Origin: Squalus acanthias
Lineage: Eukaryota
Reading direction: 5' to 3'
NCBI GenBank assembly: GCA_030390025.1
Contig: CM059433.1
Location: forward strand, 31,808,001 to 31,872,000
DNA: 64,000 bases
Below the pieces are notes generated by a model. It was not told where the DNA came from, did not search any database, and saw nothing but the letters and a program-made list of their open reading frames with translations. Of the stretch, positions 35,113 through 48,416 are shown one piece after another. Numbering within the stretch: position 1 is the first letter of the stretch; each line of letters opens with the position of its first letter. Made by a program: the position numbers and the translations under genes.

Positions 35113-36825
35113 GGGAACGGTAGCTTAGTGGTAATGTGGGCTAGTAATCCACAAGGCCTGGACTAATAATCCAGAGACGTGAGTTCAAATCCCACCATGG
35201 CAAATGGGGAATTTAAATTCAGTTAATTAAATAAATCTGGAATAAAAAGCTAGTATCAGTAATGGTAACCATGAAACTATCAGATTGTCGTAAAAACCCA
35301 TCTGCTTCACTAATGTCCTCAACATTGACTCCGGACTCCATGAAGTCTCATGGTTTCAGGTCAAGCACGGGCAAGGAAACCTCCTGCTGATTACCATCTA
35401 CTGCCCTCCCTCAGCTGATGAATCAGTACTCCTCCATGTTGAACACCACTTGGAAGAAGCACTGAGAGTAGCAAGAGTACTGACCGAGCTAGCCAAGCCC
35501 TGAAGGACATAACTGCCAGTCTGGGCCTGCGACAGGTGGTTAGAGAACCAAAACGAGGGAAAAACCTACTTGAACTCATCCTCACCAATCTACCTGTCGC
35601 AGATGCATCTGTCCATGACTGCATTGGTAGCAGTGACCACCGCACAGTCATTGTGGAGACGAGGTGAAGTGAGAGTGACTGCCCTTGACATCAAGGCAGC
35701 ATTTGACCGAGTGTGGCATCAAGGAGCCCTAGTAAAACTGAAGTCACTGGGAATCAGGGGGAAAGCGCTCCACTGGCTGGAGTCATACCTCGCACAAAGG
35801 AAGATGGTTGTGGTGGTTGAAGTTCAATCATCACAGCCCCAGGACATCGCTGCAGGAGTTCGTCAGGGCAGTGTCCTAGGCCCAACCATCTTCAGCTGCT
35901 TCATCAATGACCTTTCCTCCAACATAAGGCTAGAAATGGGGATGTTGGCTGATGACTGCACAGTGTTCAGGGCCACTCACAACTCCTCAGATAATGAAGC
36001 AGTCCATGTCCACATGCAACAAGACCTGGACGACATTCAGGCTTGGGCTGATAAGTGGCAGGTAACAGATGTGCCAGGCAATGACTATCTCCAACACGCG
36101 AGAGTCTAACCACCTCCTCATGACATTCAACAGCATTACCATTGCCAAATCATCCACCATTAACATCCTGGGGGTTACAATTGACCAGAAACTTAACTGG
36201 ACCAGCCACATAAATACTGTGGCAACAAGAGCAGGTCAGAGGCTAGGTATTCTGCGGCGAGTGTCTCACCTCCTGACTCCCCAAAGCCATTCCACCATCC
36301 ACAAGGCACAAGTAAGGAGTGTGATGGAATACTCTCCACTTGCCGCTGCAACAACACTCAAGAAGCTCGACACCATCCAGGACAAAGCAGCCCGTTTGAT
36401 TGGCACCCCATCCACCACCTTAAACATTCACTCCCACCGGCGTACCGTGGCTGCAGTGTGTACCATCTACAAGATGCACTAGCAGCAACTCACCAAGGCT
36501 CCTTCGGCAACACCTCCCAAACCCGCGACCTCTTCCACCTAGAAGGACAAGGGCAGCAGGCGCATGGGAACACCACCACCTCCAAGTTCCCCTCCAAGTC
36601 ACACACCATCCTGACTTAGAAGTATATTGCAAATCCTTCATCACTGCTGGGTCAAAATCCTGGAACTCCCTACCAAACAGCACTGTAGGAGTACCTTCAC
36701 CAAACGGACTGCAGCGGTTCAAGAAGGTGGCTCACCACCACCTTCTCAAGGGCAACTAGGGATGGGCAATAAATGCTAGCTTTGCCAGCGACGCCTAGAT
36801 CCCATAAGCGAATAATTAAATAAAA
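35113..36825 (+). mobile_element. CR1/L2-group LINE with tRNA-derived head and internal deletions, nested in the Harbinger
   Basis: A/B-box head and core (35113-35320), APE fragments (HEVSWFQV..LLITIYCPP; GSSDHRTV), RT (LDIKAAFDRVWH, QGSVLGP, ADD), 3' tail. Confidence 0.85.
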
Positions 36826-37023
36826 GCTCGCACCTCACAGCTGATGACTTTCCTCAGACAGAGGCTGTTGCTGGTTGCATTCCCAGCACAAATTTAACTT
36901 TCTACAGGCTGCAAGTGCTTCCAGCAAGGTCGCCATCCAGTCTCACCTCATTGTTACAACCTATCACCCCATTGACAGCTTGCTCCTCTGATCTCTACTA
37001 CACCTGCTATCTATTCCATCAGC

Positions 37024-38186
37024 ATGGGTGCTGTTTATACTGTGTCCTCTTGGGCCTCAGGATCGGACCACGATGACCAGCAGCACCAGGCACACCCGCA
37101 GCACCAACAACAACACCACCAACCTTCTCCTCAACCACCTGATGCTGCACAGGAGAGAGAGCATCAGTGCAGGGATAGATTACGTCAGAGGCGATACCCC
37201 CAACACAGGGTATACAGGCAGAGGATGAGCTTCCTCAACATGACTGAGCAGCAGTGCCAAAGGAGGCTCAGGTTATCGTGCCAGGTCGTCAAAGACATTT
37301 GCACATTGTTCGAGCAAGACCTGAAGCCCAGAGGAGTGGGTGGACATGCCTTACCAGTGGCTGTCAAAGTTACCATCGCCCTCAACTTCTTCACCTCAGG
37401 CTACTTCCAGGGATCTGCAGCAGACATTTACGGCATTTCGCAGTCTGCCGCCCACAGATGCATCACACAGGTCACCGATGCCCTGTTTGACAAGTCAGCC
37501 AATTATACCACTCTGGCAGGCTTCCCATGGGTGCAGGGCGTCATCAACTGCACACATGTGGCCATCAGGGCGGCCCATCATAACCCAGGAGTCTTTGTCA
37601 ATCACAAGGCCTTCCACTCCCTCAATGTGCAGCTGGTCTGCAACCATAGGAAGATCATCATTCATGTGTGTGCCAAATTCCCTGACAGCTGCCATGACTC
37701 TTTCGTCCTGCGCCAGTCCACCATCTTTCCGGCTGACTGCCTGGAGACAAGGGTTATCCACCGAAGATGTGGCTCATGACACCCTTGAGGAGGCCAAGTA
37801 TTGAGGCCCAGGGAAGATACAATGAAAGCCACATTTCCACCAGATGTGTCACAGAGCAGACAATAGGCATGCTCAAAATGCACTTCAGATGCCTTGACAG
37901 ATCTGGAGGAGCCCTTCAGTACGCACCAGCCAGGGTCTCCAGAATCGTCGTGTTCTGCAGTGCTCTGCACAACATAGCGTTGCAGCAAGGATTAGTGCTG
38001 CAGGAGGAGCAAGGCACTGAGTACACAGCCTCTTCAGAGGAAGAGGAGCAGGAGGAGGAGGAGCATCAGCTGGAAGACAAGGAGGAGCAGGAGCTGGAGG
38101 AACCTGCGGGCCAGATCCCACCAGTGCCCAAGAACATTGCTGCCTGGGAGGCAAGGGATGGCCTCATCATGTCCAGATTTACTTAA
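37024..38186 (+). pseudogene. Harbinger DDE transposase, disrupted
   Basis: [19 protein letters not shown] (first catalytic D reads N), HSLNVQLVC, frameshift near the GDKGY motif, [17 protein letters not shown]. Confidence 0.92.
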
Positions 38187-38476
38187 CTTTACTCAGTACA
38201 CCCATATGGCTGCCACATGCTGCACCATGTTCCCACAGCAACACCATAAAGCATCCTTACAATGACCAAGCCATTCCTTTCACACTGACCACCATTGCTG
38301 AAGATACCATTATGTCTCACCATTCACTGCAACTCACTAAGCCATTTCCAAAGGTGCACACAAATGTGTCCAAGATGGAAAAGTGGTGAAAATAAAGATT
38401 TTAATGGTTGACAATACATTAACGGAAACTTGCCATTAACATCGACTAAAACACCCAAGTGGCTACCCTTGTGAAT

Positions 38477-40321
38477 CTACTTGTGTGTCATCTTTCTCTT
38501 ACATGTGCTTCTATGAGGTGCTACCCCTGTGGCTTCAGCAGAGGTAGAGGCAGCCTGCTCACTGCCCTGCTGTGACTGCTTAGACACTCTTAGCGGATAT
38601 CCTCTGGGTTTTGGAGCCTCTGATGGCCCCGCCAAATTCTGCTCCTTCTGCGACTGTGCAGGGACAGAATTGACCATAGTGATCCGAGGAGCCATCTGGG
38701 GCTCTGAGGGGGTGGCAGTGGGGGAGAAGTGTAAGTGTTTTGAGAGGAGCCCACACTTCCCTCTCCCCTTTCACCATCATCCTTCTCATGGGCCACCCGC
38801 ACTTCCCTGCTAGCAAGGAGCTGGTGAGCACCTTGCTGCCCATCAGTGGAGCCATGAGGATCCACGTCTACGCTGACATCCCTCCTAGACAGGAGTTCTA
38901 TGAGCCTCTGCCATCTATTCTCCATAGAGACCATGTGCTCCTGTGAGTGGTGCATTAGCTGCTGCATGCAGGTGGCCATCCTATCCATGGAAGAGCCTAC
39001 AGTTACCATCACCTGCGACACAGTGGTGCTCATGTTGGAGATGGACTCCTCCATTATGTGAACATTTACAGACATCGTAGTTCAAAAGCCTGTCAGAGCC
39101 TCCTGCAATTCTTCCTGCACCTCCAGGATCGCCCTCTTTCTGGATGGCCCCCGAGGCTCAGCGTCTGCACGCAGCTCAGCAGAGCTGGGAGTGTCCTGCG
39201 CCCTCCGGCGAGGAGTCTCCACTGCTGTCCCTGTCTCCACCATCTGCTCTTGCTCACTTGTGACTTGTGGCGGACCCGGTGACAACACTACTCTATCTCG
39301 CGTGGGACCCACCGAGGTGTGTGTCTCTGCGCTGGTGCTGCTGCACCCTCAGAGGCTGGAGGCTCCTCTGAGGAGTCGTCTTCCTCTTCCTCCTGGACAG
39401 TGCGGGGGTGGGGGCGGGGGGCTCTTGATGGACCTGTGGGAGAGTAAAGAGATGAGTTAGATATGCAATATGAAGAATGGGTACACATACCATTATGCAC
39501 ATGATGACCATTCAGTGGCTGATGACATCAGTCCCCATATGAGTGACTGATGTATGCCATGTAGCTGTATGATTTGTAATTCTGTCACCAGATTGCTGTG
39601 ATGTCCCCCTCTCTCCGTCTCCCACCTCCAGCTGCTCGATAACTCCCGATACTTCCAACACAGCCTCCTCTGCTGTTGTGAGGGTGGCAAATGATGGAGG
39701 CCCACATTCAGTTCTCTCCCTCTCCCTCTCATTGTGCGCTCTCTTCTCCTGCAAGGAGGGATAGACAGAATGTTGAGTGAGAGTGATGGAATGAGTGTAA
39801 GGAATGGATGGGTTAGATCTGTAGAGGGTGACTATGATAGAGTGGGGTGGCAATGCCAAGTGGCCTCCTTGTGTGTTGTTAGTTGGTATGATTGCATTAG
39901 GATGAGGCTGAGTGTGAGGTGTGGCTAGTAAGATGAGGATGTGATAGAGAGAGAGGGATGGGTGGACATGCAAGGTATATTGGTGTGAGTAAGGATGTGC
40001 AGGTGTAGGGTTGGGAAGGCAGAGTGATGGGGATGAGATGAGAGGCACAGCAGGACGAAGTTGATTGTGGCTTTGTACTCAGCTTTCCAGATCTAATGCG
40101 GTCATTGAAACATTTGCAGCACTGCACCCAAGTCCTCCTGAACACATCTCTGCTGTTGACCTCCTCTGCAATTTGGAGCCAGGCCCTTTTGTCTCCTGGG
40201 GAGGTCTCTTCCGCCCATTGGAAGGGAAGAGGACCTCCCTGCGTGCTCTGACTCCCTCCACAAGCATATGGAGGGAGTCATCAGAGAACCTGGGTGCAGC
40301 CCTCTGCCTCTGTGCAGTCAT
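38477..40321 (-). pseudogene. Harbinger Myb/SANT-like gene, three exons, frameshifted
   Basis: MTAQRQRAAPRFSDDSLHMLVEGV...RTWVQCCKCFND; exon 2 EKRAHNERERERT; exon 3 ends ...APHRSTCKRKMTHK*. Confidence 0.82.
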
Positions 40322-41184
40322 CTCTCCAACTGTTTGGTGCAATGTAAACCTCCAGTGTGCTGCTGCACACTCCTAGATGAACCTTCAAATGCATTGTGGC
40401 CGTGGCTCCTTTAAATATACCGGATGAAAATGCATTATGGATGACGTCATCAGACCTGCATCATTTAATACGGCTGGGTAATGCGCAGGGCGGGCTTAAT
40501 AGGCCCCATTAGCACAAAGTCGATTTCTGCAGCGGGATGGAAGCAACAACGGGGTCGCGACCTGCCACGCCGACCGCCCGCACCCGACCCTCCCAGGTAC
40601 AGAAAATCCCGGCCATAATGTCTGTTTAAAAGCGACACTGAAACAGTTCAAAATAGTTGTCCGTAAGTGGGAACGACTTGCTCAAGATAAGAATGCATGG
40701 TGAAATAACCACCCATGAAGGCACCTCCTACTACAAGGCCCATCGCATTGCTGATTCTGAATGGAAATGCCAGCTGAGGAAGACTCGACTGCGAAATCAA
40801 AATCCCCAACCGGGATACACCTTTCAATCTGCAGACACTCATTCCCAGCAAGAATAGGTCTCATCAATCACCAAAGAACTGATTGCAAAGGAATGAGATG
40901 ATATTATGGGTGTCTTCTTCGATATCGAAGGACAAACAATGATGACAAGTAAAACTAGTTGCTCATGGGAGCTTGCAATCTGGAGCATTGCGATACTTAC
41001 CATCTTCTCAGGCTAAAGATGACAGTGGTTGCTCATCGCTGAAATCCTGGAAATTTACTGAAGCAATCTGTCACATGATTACTGATACCAAATGATACAG
41101 GCCTTGCACGAGGCTTCAACTTGCTAATGGCAATATTATTGAACAAATACTCATCAAATTTGAATGATGTTTCACTGTCTATTA

Positions 41185-42050
41185 CATCGGATTACATAGG
41201 ATATACAGCACAGAAACAGGCCATTCGGCCCAACCAGTCCATGCCGGCGTTTATGCTCCACTCAAACCGTCTCCCATCTTTCCTCATCTAAATCTATCAG
41301 CATAACCCTCTATTCCCTTCTCCCTCATATGCTTATCTACCCGCCCCTTAAATGCATCTATACTATTCGCTTCAACCTCTCCCTGCTGTAGTGAGTTCCA
41401 CATTCTCACCACTCTCTGAGTAAAGTAGTTTCTTCTGAATTCCCTACTTGATTTTTTGGTGACTATCTTATATTGATGGCCTGTAGTTTTGCTCTTCCCC
41501 ACAAGTGGAAACATTCTCTCTGAATCCACTCTATCAAAACCTTTCATAATTTTAAAGACCTCTATTAGGTCACCCCTCAGCCTTCTCTTTTCAAGAGAAA
41601 AGAGACCTAACCTGTTCATCCTTTCCTGATAGGTGTAACCTCACAATTCTGGTATCATCCTTGTAAATCTTTTTTGCACCCTCTCCAGTGCCTCTATATC
41701 CTTCTTATAATATGACAACCAGAATTATACGCAGTACTCCAAGTGTGGTCTAACAAAGGTTTGATACAAGTTTAGCATAACTTCATTACTTTTCAATTCA
41801 ATCCTCTAGAGATAAACCCTAGTGCTTGGTTTGCTTTTATATATGGCCTTGTCAACCTGTGTCGCTACCTTTAGAGATTTGTGTATTTGTACTCCGAGAT
41901 CTCTTTGCTCTTCTACCCCATTTAGATTCTTATTTTCCAAGTAATATGTGACCTCCTTGTTTTTCTTACCAAAATGTAATACCTCACTATTATCTGTGTT
42001 GAAATTCATTTGCCAATTATATGCCCGTTCTGCAAGTTTATTAATGTCTT
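41185..42050 (-). mobile_element. CR1 3' fragment
   Basis: LGLFSLEKRRLRGDLIEVFKI...FTQRVVRMWN. Confidence 0.9.
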
Positions 42051-42556
42051 CTAGTGAAGGCCTTAGAAAACTTACTTAAGATGCAAGTAAGTTTCTTTAT
42101 TCTACCTTGCCACAAAAACTTCTTATTCTCAGTTACTTACATTTCACAATGTCCATGTTTTGCTCTAACTCCTACAGTAGATTTATAGGAGTTGCTTACA
42201 ATGCAAGCACTTTTATTTCTATATGCTATTCTTCCTCTGCTCCTTTATCCAAATCTTTTCCCTCAATTATTTATAAAAGACATTTTTCCTCTGCCTTACA
42301 TCCCCATGGTGGATGTGTACTTCTTCCTGCAGCTGTTGTTGGTGCAGTACTTCACCAGGGAGGACTTTAATCGCATCGAGCCTCTCGTGACCTGTACAAT
42401 TACCATGGTCCCTGCCTGGCTGGTGACAGCCCCTGGTCTCAATGTCCAAGATCAGCATCAATGCCGGTTATGTAATTTCCAAATTTGCAAATTATATCCA
42501 CAAGTTTTTGAAATCTCTTCAGTGTGGATAACTATCAATTTTAGCATGCCCTAATA

Positions 42557-43095
42557 TCATAGAATCATACAGCACAGAAGGAGGCAATTCGGCCCACTGT
42601 GTCCGTGCTGGCTCTTTGAAAGAGCTATCCAATTATTCCCACTCCCCAGCTCTTTGCCCATAGTCCTGCAAATTTCTCCTTTTCAAGTATATATCTAATT
42701 CACTTCTGAAAATTACTATTGAATCTGCTTCCACCACTTTTTTAGGTATTGCATTCCAGATCATAACAACTCACTGCATAAAAACCATTTTCCCCTGGAT
42801 ATTTTTCCAATTATCTTAAGTCTGTGACCCTCCTACCAGTGGAAACAGTTTCTCCCTATCTCCTCTATCAAAGTCCCTCATAATTTTGAACACCTCTATT
42901 AAATCTCCCCTTAACCTTTTCTGCTCTAAGGAGAACAACCCCAGTTTCTCCAGTCTCTCCACAGAACTGAAGTCACTCATCCCTGGTACCATTCTGGTAA
43001 ATCTCCTCTGTACTGTCTCCAAGGCCTTGACATCATTCCTGAAGAGTAGTGCCCAGAATTGGACACAATACTGTAGCTGAGGCCTAACCAGTGAC
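42557..43095 (-). mobile_element. CR1 3' fragment
   Basis: VQRRFTRMVPG...LRGDLIEVFKI; CATAGAAT end. Confidence 0.9.
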
Positions 43096-43582
43096 TGGAA
43101 AGATCCCAGTAGTTTACCTCAAGGCCTCTTTTCAAATGTGAATAAGCTCAATGTCATTAATCTTTTCATACAATTAGATTCCTGAGAACTGGCATTTTTT
43201 AAGTTGCCTTGCTCTGCACCATCTCAAGAGCTTCAGTGGTTTGGTGACCAGAACTAAACAGTGTTTCAGATGGCGCATAACCTGCATGATATACAGTAAC
43301 AATCACATTGTACATTCTGTCTTGCTCTTGCAACCCAACAGCTGCAATTTTGTTTGGTGAATATTAATTACATCATTGGGGATTTGGGCAAGTAGATTTA
43401 CAGAACCTGAATATATAATGTGGCTGAATTGACATTGGATCTACCCAGATCCCATCACAAATCTTCAACTATGTATGTTAATCCAGTTCCTTCACACTGC
43501 TCAGCTCACTAATTCTTCCCAGAAAGTTCTACGGAGGGGATCCATCAGTACTGTTGATGAAAATAAAAGCAAAATAATAAAC

Positions 43583-44560
43583 ACAACAACAACAACAACT
43601 TGAATTTATACAGCACTTTCAACACAGCAAAATGTCCCAAGGCACTGCACAAGAATGTTATTAATCAAACATCTGACACTGAGCCACAGAAGGAGATATC
43701 AGGACAGATGATCAAAAGCTTGGTCAAAGAGGTAGGTTTTAAGGAGCACCTTAATCACAGGGCACAGATTTAAAATAATTGGTGGAAGGTTTAGAGGGGA
43801 TTTGAGGGGAAATTTCTTCACCCAGAGGGTTGTGGGGGTCTGGAACTCACTGCCTGAAAGGGTGGTAGAGGCAGAAACCCTAACCACATTTAAAAAGTAC
43901 TTGGATGTGCGCTTGGGATGCTGTAACCTGCAGGGCTATGGACCAAGAGCTGGGAAGTGGGATGAGGCTGGATAGCTCTTTGTTGGCCGGCACGGACACG
44001 ATGGGCCGAAATGGCCTCCTTCCGTGCTATAACTTTCTATGATTCTATGATTAAAGGAGAGAGAGGTAGAGAGGCAGAGAGGTTTAGGAAGGCAATGCAG
44101 GGCCTAGGGCCTAGGCAGATGAAGAAACGGCTGCCAATGGTGGAGCTATTAAATTGGGGATGCGCAAGAGGCCAGAATTGAAGGAGCACAGAGGTCTCAA
44201 AGACTTGTAGGGCTGGAGGAGGTTGCAGAGATCGGGAGGCTCAAGTCATGGAGGGATTTGAAAACAAAATGAGGATTTTAAAATTAAGGTGTTGGCGGAC
44301 TGGGAGCCAATGTAGGTCAGCAAGAACAGGAGTGGTGGGTGAACGGGACTTGGTGTGAGTTAGGATATGGGCAGCAGAGTTTTGGAAGAGGTCAAGTTTA
44401 TGTATGGTGGAAAATTGGAGGCTGGCCAGGGGAGCCTTGGAATAATCAAGTCTAGAGGTAACAAAGGCTTGGGGGAGTGTTTCAGCAGCGGATGAGTTGA
44501 AGCAGAGGCGAAGTCAGGCAATGTTACGGAGGTGGAAGTGGGCAGTCTTAGTGATTGCGA
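43583..44560 (-). mobile_element. L2 3' fragment interrupted by CR1
   Basis: (CAA)n end and homology to 841-1245; continuous across 43755-44050. Confidence 0.85.
43755..44050 (+). mobile_element. CR1 3' fragment
   Basis: FFTQRVVGVWNSLP, (ATTCTATG)n tail, TTAA on both sides. Confidence 0.85.
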
Positions 44561-44838
44561 ATGAGTTTGAGCGGAAACGTAAGCAAAACATTTATTTCAG
44601 TAAACTAGCGCGATTTTTAGCACAATTTGCGGCCAGATTGCCAATTGCGCCCAAAGCGGAAACTCTACGCCATAGTCTATAACGCCAATTATTCCAGACC
44701 CTACATCACCAGCAGTGCCCGACACACCACTATCGACCAGTGGGATATTGCACATGGCAGTTTGAGCACCTGGCATGCTCCGTGCCTGTAGAATTCGCAT
44801 ATTATCGCGATTTAAAAATAATGAGAAAGAGACATACA

Positions 44839-45731
44839 GGGGGAAAAATTCAGTTGGTTGCGCCTCCCGTTAGCGCCTTAAGAGGGCGCTAATGGGGCGC
44901 AAAGCAGCTGGCGCCCGGGCGCGGCGAAGTTTGCGCCGCTCGAGAAATTAACTAGACATTTTGCGGCGGCGCTAAACACTACCGCCACGATCTCCTGCGC
45001 CGGCAGATCATGACGTCACTCGAGTGTGCAACGCCCCGGTAACGCCCCAGAGCGGATATTGAGTGGCGCCCCCTGCCTTACCGCCTGACGCTAGCAACGA
45101 CAGGTTGAGGGGAGCGTTCTGCAGTCATGAAGGGAAAGGGGGAGCACTATTTAAAGGTGACCGCTTCCTGCCTTTTATTGTTGGTGCCATTTTTGAACTA
45201 CGCATTCTGAGAGAGAGAGGGAGAGACTTCTGGAGAGATTCAACGTTGTGTGAAGGAGTTTTGGGTACTGAGCAGCACTTTGCAGGTTCATTTTGATTTT
45301 CCATTCCTTGTATTGATTTAGCAGAGACTGTGGGGGCTGCACTCTGAGCTCTTTGCCTGGTACTCTCCATTGTTCTTTCCAGCACATTTGATGTGCAAGT
45401 CTCTCCAGGCCGAGATTCAAGGCTGCAATGAGTAGGATGTGGATGGAAAGCAAGATTAACCATCCCCTTTAAGAACTGGCCCGTGCCATTGTGTGTGTGT
45501 TCCATTGCTGACTGACATTACATGAGCTTCGCCAGCGCTCTGAGTTAGCGCCTCACTCCTCGCCCTTTGCGCCTTAAGACAGGTGTGCAGCGCCTGATTT
45601 AGCGCTCCAATCACCTCCAGGGGCGTTAAAAGTGAAGTTTCCAGTCAGTGGCGATAATTAGCGCCAGGCGCTAATTTTTGTGCCCGGACAATATTTGCGC
45701 CCCAAATGGGGCGCGACTGAATTTTTCCCCC
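44839..45731. mobile_element. Harbinger MITE related to 55034-59229 (opposite orientation)
   Basis: TIR GGGGGAAAAATTCAGT, TSD ACA; subterminal sequences match the reverse complement of the ends of the autonomous copy. Confidence 0.9.
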
Positions 45732-45798
45732 ACAGTTTCGTAAACACAGCTTTATTTCAGCAAAATGCTGTCAGGTTTCAAAACAGACACAAGCAGCC

Positions 45799-47295
45799 TG
45801 TAAAATGGCCGCCACGCCTCGTGGCAGAAGGTTCTAGACTTTCAGCAGGCAGACAAGATGACGTTTCAATAAACATTTCAGCAAGATCGGACAGGACTCA
45901 GCATATTGAGATAAGACAAGACAAGATCGTTTTGTATTTTAACACCTAAGCCAGGAATATAAGTGCTGGAATCGGGTTTTTCCATGCACAAATGAGAGCT
46001 ATTTTACTGGGCAATTAAGGGGCCCATCCAAAAGACATTGATATGCAAATTCCCCACGGCTCTACGATGAGAGAGCATTTCGCGGGTACTCACAGCAAGA
46101 ATTCGGAGGCCCCCAAAACCCCTCCAGGGAGACTCCTAGCCGGTTCCACAAGGGGAGAAATATTAACGGGTACTCAGACAGTTACAAGTATCACCGAAAC
46201 CCATTAACGACAAGTACCACCCCATACAAGAAGTTTGAGCGCCAAAATATGACAAAAGATGGACATTAAGATTGGGCGGGAGATAAGGAATTACAGTACT
46301 ATAACTGTAGTGTCCAAACGTCCATCTTTCTCTTATTCCTTTGACTCGCTAGAGAACTCTTGACTCTTATTCTCTGATCCGCTGATTTTCCGGGAGTCAA
46401 CCTCGTGGCTTGCCGCGAAGATCTGTGGAGAGCTGGTCTGCAAAGGCCTGTAAGCGGGCGCACCATCCCGAGAAGTCGGTAAACGGTGTTGGAATCGAAG
46501 GCCCGAGAGGAGATGAGATGAGATGAGATGAGAAGAGAGGAAGATGACTACACGTGCCACCACGGTCAGTGAGCCCCGACCGCGCTCGATAAATCGGTAA
46601 CTGCTTCCCAACTGGCATCGGAAGACTGTTCTTCGAGTTCTACCGACAACTGGTGTCAGGCACAGTAAGACTCTTCTTCGAACTGTATCTGGAGTCCGAG
46701 GTCAACACAGATCTTCATGACAGCAGACGGTCCAGCCTGCTGGCCGGAGCAAAGCGAGTAAACAAGTGGGGTACAGAGACCCCTGATCAACACGTGAATA
46801 GTCAGGTGCTGTGGTGAAAACATCCGAGCAGCGTTTCGGAATTCTCCGAGTTATCACGAGTGGTGAGCATGAGTCTCGATCCTACAGATCTAGATTAGGA
46901 CAGGTATTGATAGGGGAGGGTTTCTGTCTTAAGGATAATTATAATGTGTGTCCCCTTTTACGATGTGTCGTGCGCTCCTCGTTTCCCTAAACCTAGTTGC
47001 ATAAATGTATGTAAGTTTGTACTGTCATTAATCTGTGCTTATGACATGTATTTCGTAATCTTGGATAATATGCAATAAAGATTTTCCATTTCGCACTATT
47101 CAACCGGGTCTACCTGAGTTTTCTCTGCATTATTGCTCTCGCACCTAAGTCCAGTGTCAGAACCGTAAGGGCGAGTGGGTCGAACCACTCACAGGTGTCT
47201 AGTGTCACCAGGCTGGCTGGAGACCAGAACAGGCAACAAGGCCTAACCCCGCACTAGCACCCAGGCTAAGCACAGAGCCACGCGAACCCCTTACA
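45799..47295 (+). mobile_element. Candidate solo LTR (~1.5 kb)
   Basis: TGTAA...TTACA termini, flanks AGCC/TGCC, TATAA at ~46299, AATAAA at ~47074, CpG-rich and non-coding. Confidence 0.6.
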
Positions 47296-48416
47296 TGCCT
47301 GAGCTTGTTTTTTGAAATTTGCGGCCTTTTGGAGTCTCATAGTCCTGCTGTGTAATTTCATGCAAGCTACCCCTTGCATGAGTCTCCGATGTCGGGGGAA
47401 GCTCCACCCCCAACACGGATCGCTGGCGAAAACTGAGAGCAGACTGTTGGAAATCGGCAACTAAGCCTCTTTAAGCTGGCTCTGCGATTCGTGAGGCTAC
47501 TTCTGAATAATGTTTGATTTTGGCATAACCTTCCAAGGGCTTTAAATCAATCCAGTGCTTAAGCTTTCAAAGGCCGACCACCTTGAGATCTGATAAATGT
47601 AAACAGTTATGAACCTTTAACCAAGGAAGAGGAGCTTTAGCATTGACAACAGAAGAACATTTACAAGGTACAGCAACTGATCTGGACCACACATCAGTAT
47701 ACACTGAACAGGGAATATTAATGAAGACAGGATCTCCACTCTGTTCCTTCTTCAAATGTTGGGGCTTTTTATCTTTCAACATTACTTCATAACGCAGCGA
47801 GGTTGTCTGATCAGTAGGGCCTGATCCACATTGTTATGGCTGCATTTATTTGCACCACAAGTGAGTTAGACCAGATTTCTGATTGGTCCCCTTGAAGGAC
47901 AAGACACACCCAACAATTTGTCTGGAATGTGTAATTTGATCTTGCCTCCTGGAGAGTAATTCAAAGTCTCTGCAATGTGTAATTTGATCCAGTCAATATG
48001 ACAGGCAGGGTGCTCCAGTGAAGTTGCTCCAGTGCAGCCACAACAATGGTATCTACCTGATAATATGCCAGGGTCACCTAGAAATCAAGATAACTCTCAC
48101 ACAGCCACGTACGGCCTGCCCTGTTGACCTCGCTGCACACGCGCTGGGCTTTCTGAGAAATCAACTCACTGCCATTCATGGTCAAGAGCGTGAACCAGGT
48201 CTAGGGGGGAGGAGAGGGAGAACGTGGTGTGGGTGGAAAGTGGGTGGGGGTGGGGTTGGAAGAACGTGATCTACGTCTAACAGAGGGGGGAGTACGTGCT
48301 CCGTCTTCCCATCTGAATCCCGTTCTCAATATCATTCCCCTCTCCCCCCACTTGAGACCTGGATCACGTTCTTCCCCCATTCTCACTGTTCTCCATGCTC
48401 GCCCCCCCCCCCCCCC

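Larger units (their letters stand above)
34766..40614. mobile_element. Full-length but decayed two-gene Harbinger transposon
   Basis: TIR GGCCGG(A/G)ATTTTCTG, TSD ATA; convergent transposase and Myb genes. Confidence 0.92.
34640..40945 (+). mobile_element. Old RTE LINE 3' fragment (34640-34765 and 40615-40945) split by a Harbinger insertion
   Basis: GKR..SGQ / LKATLKQFKI...WERLAQD...ARIGLINH aligns by eye to the RTE C-terminus at 62429-63076. Confidence 0.7.

Noticed and set aside
42267..42470. Coding-looking segment with a minus-strand donor near 42299
   Set aside because: Open in several frames, with no recognisable domain or partner exon; cannot be supported.
47567..47820. Minus-strand ORF with 'VWSRSVAVPC'
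   Set aside because: No true WSxWS motif and no convincing acceptor.
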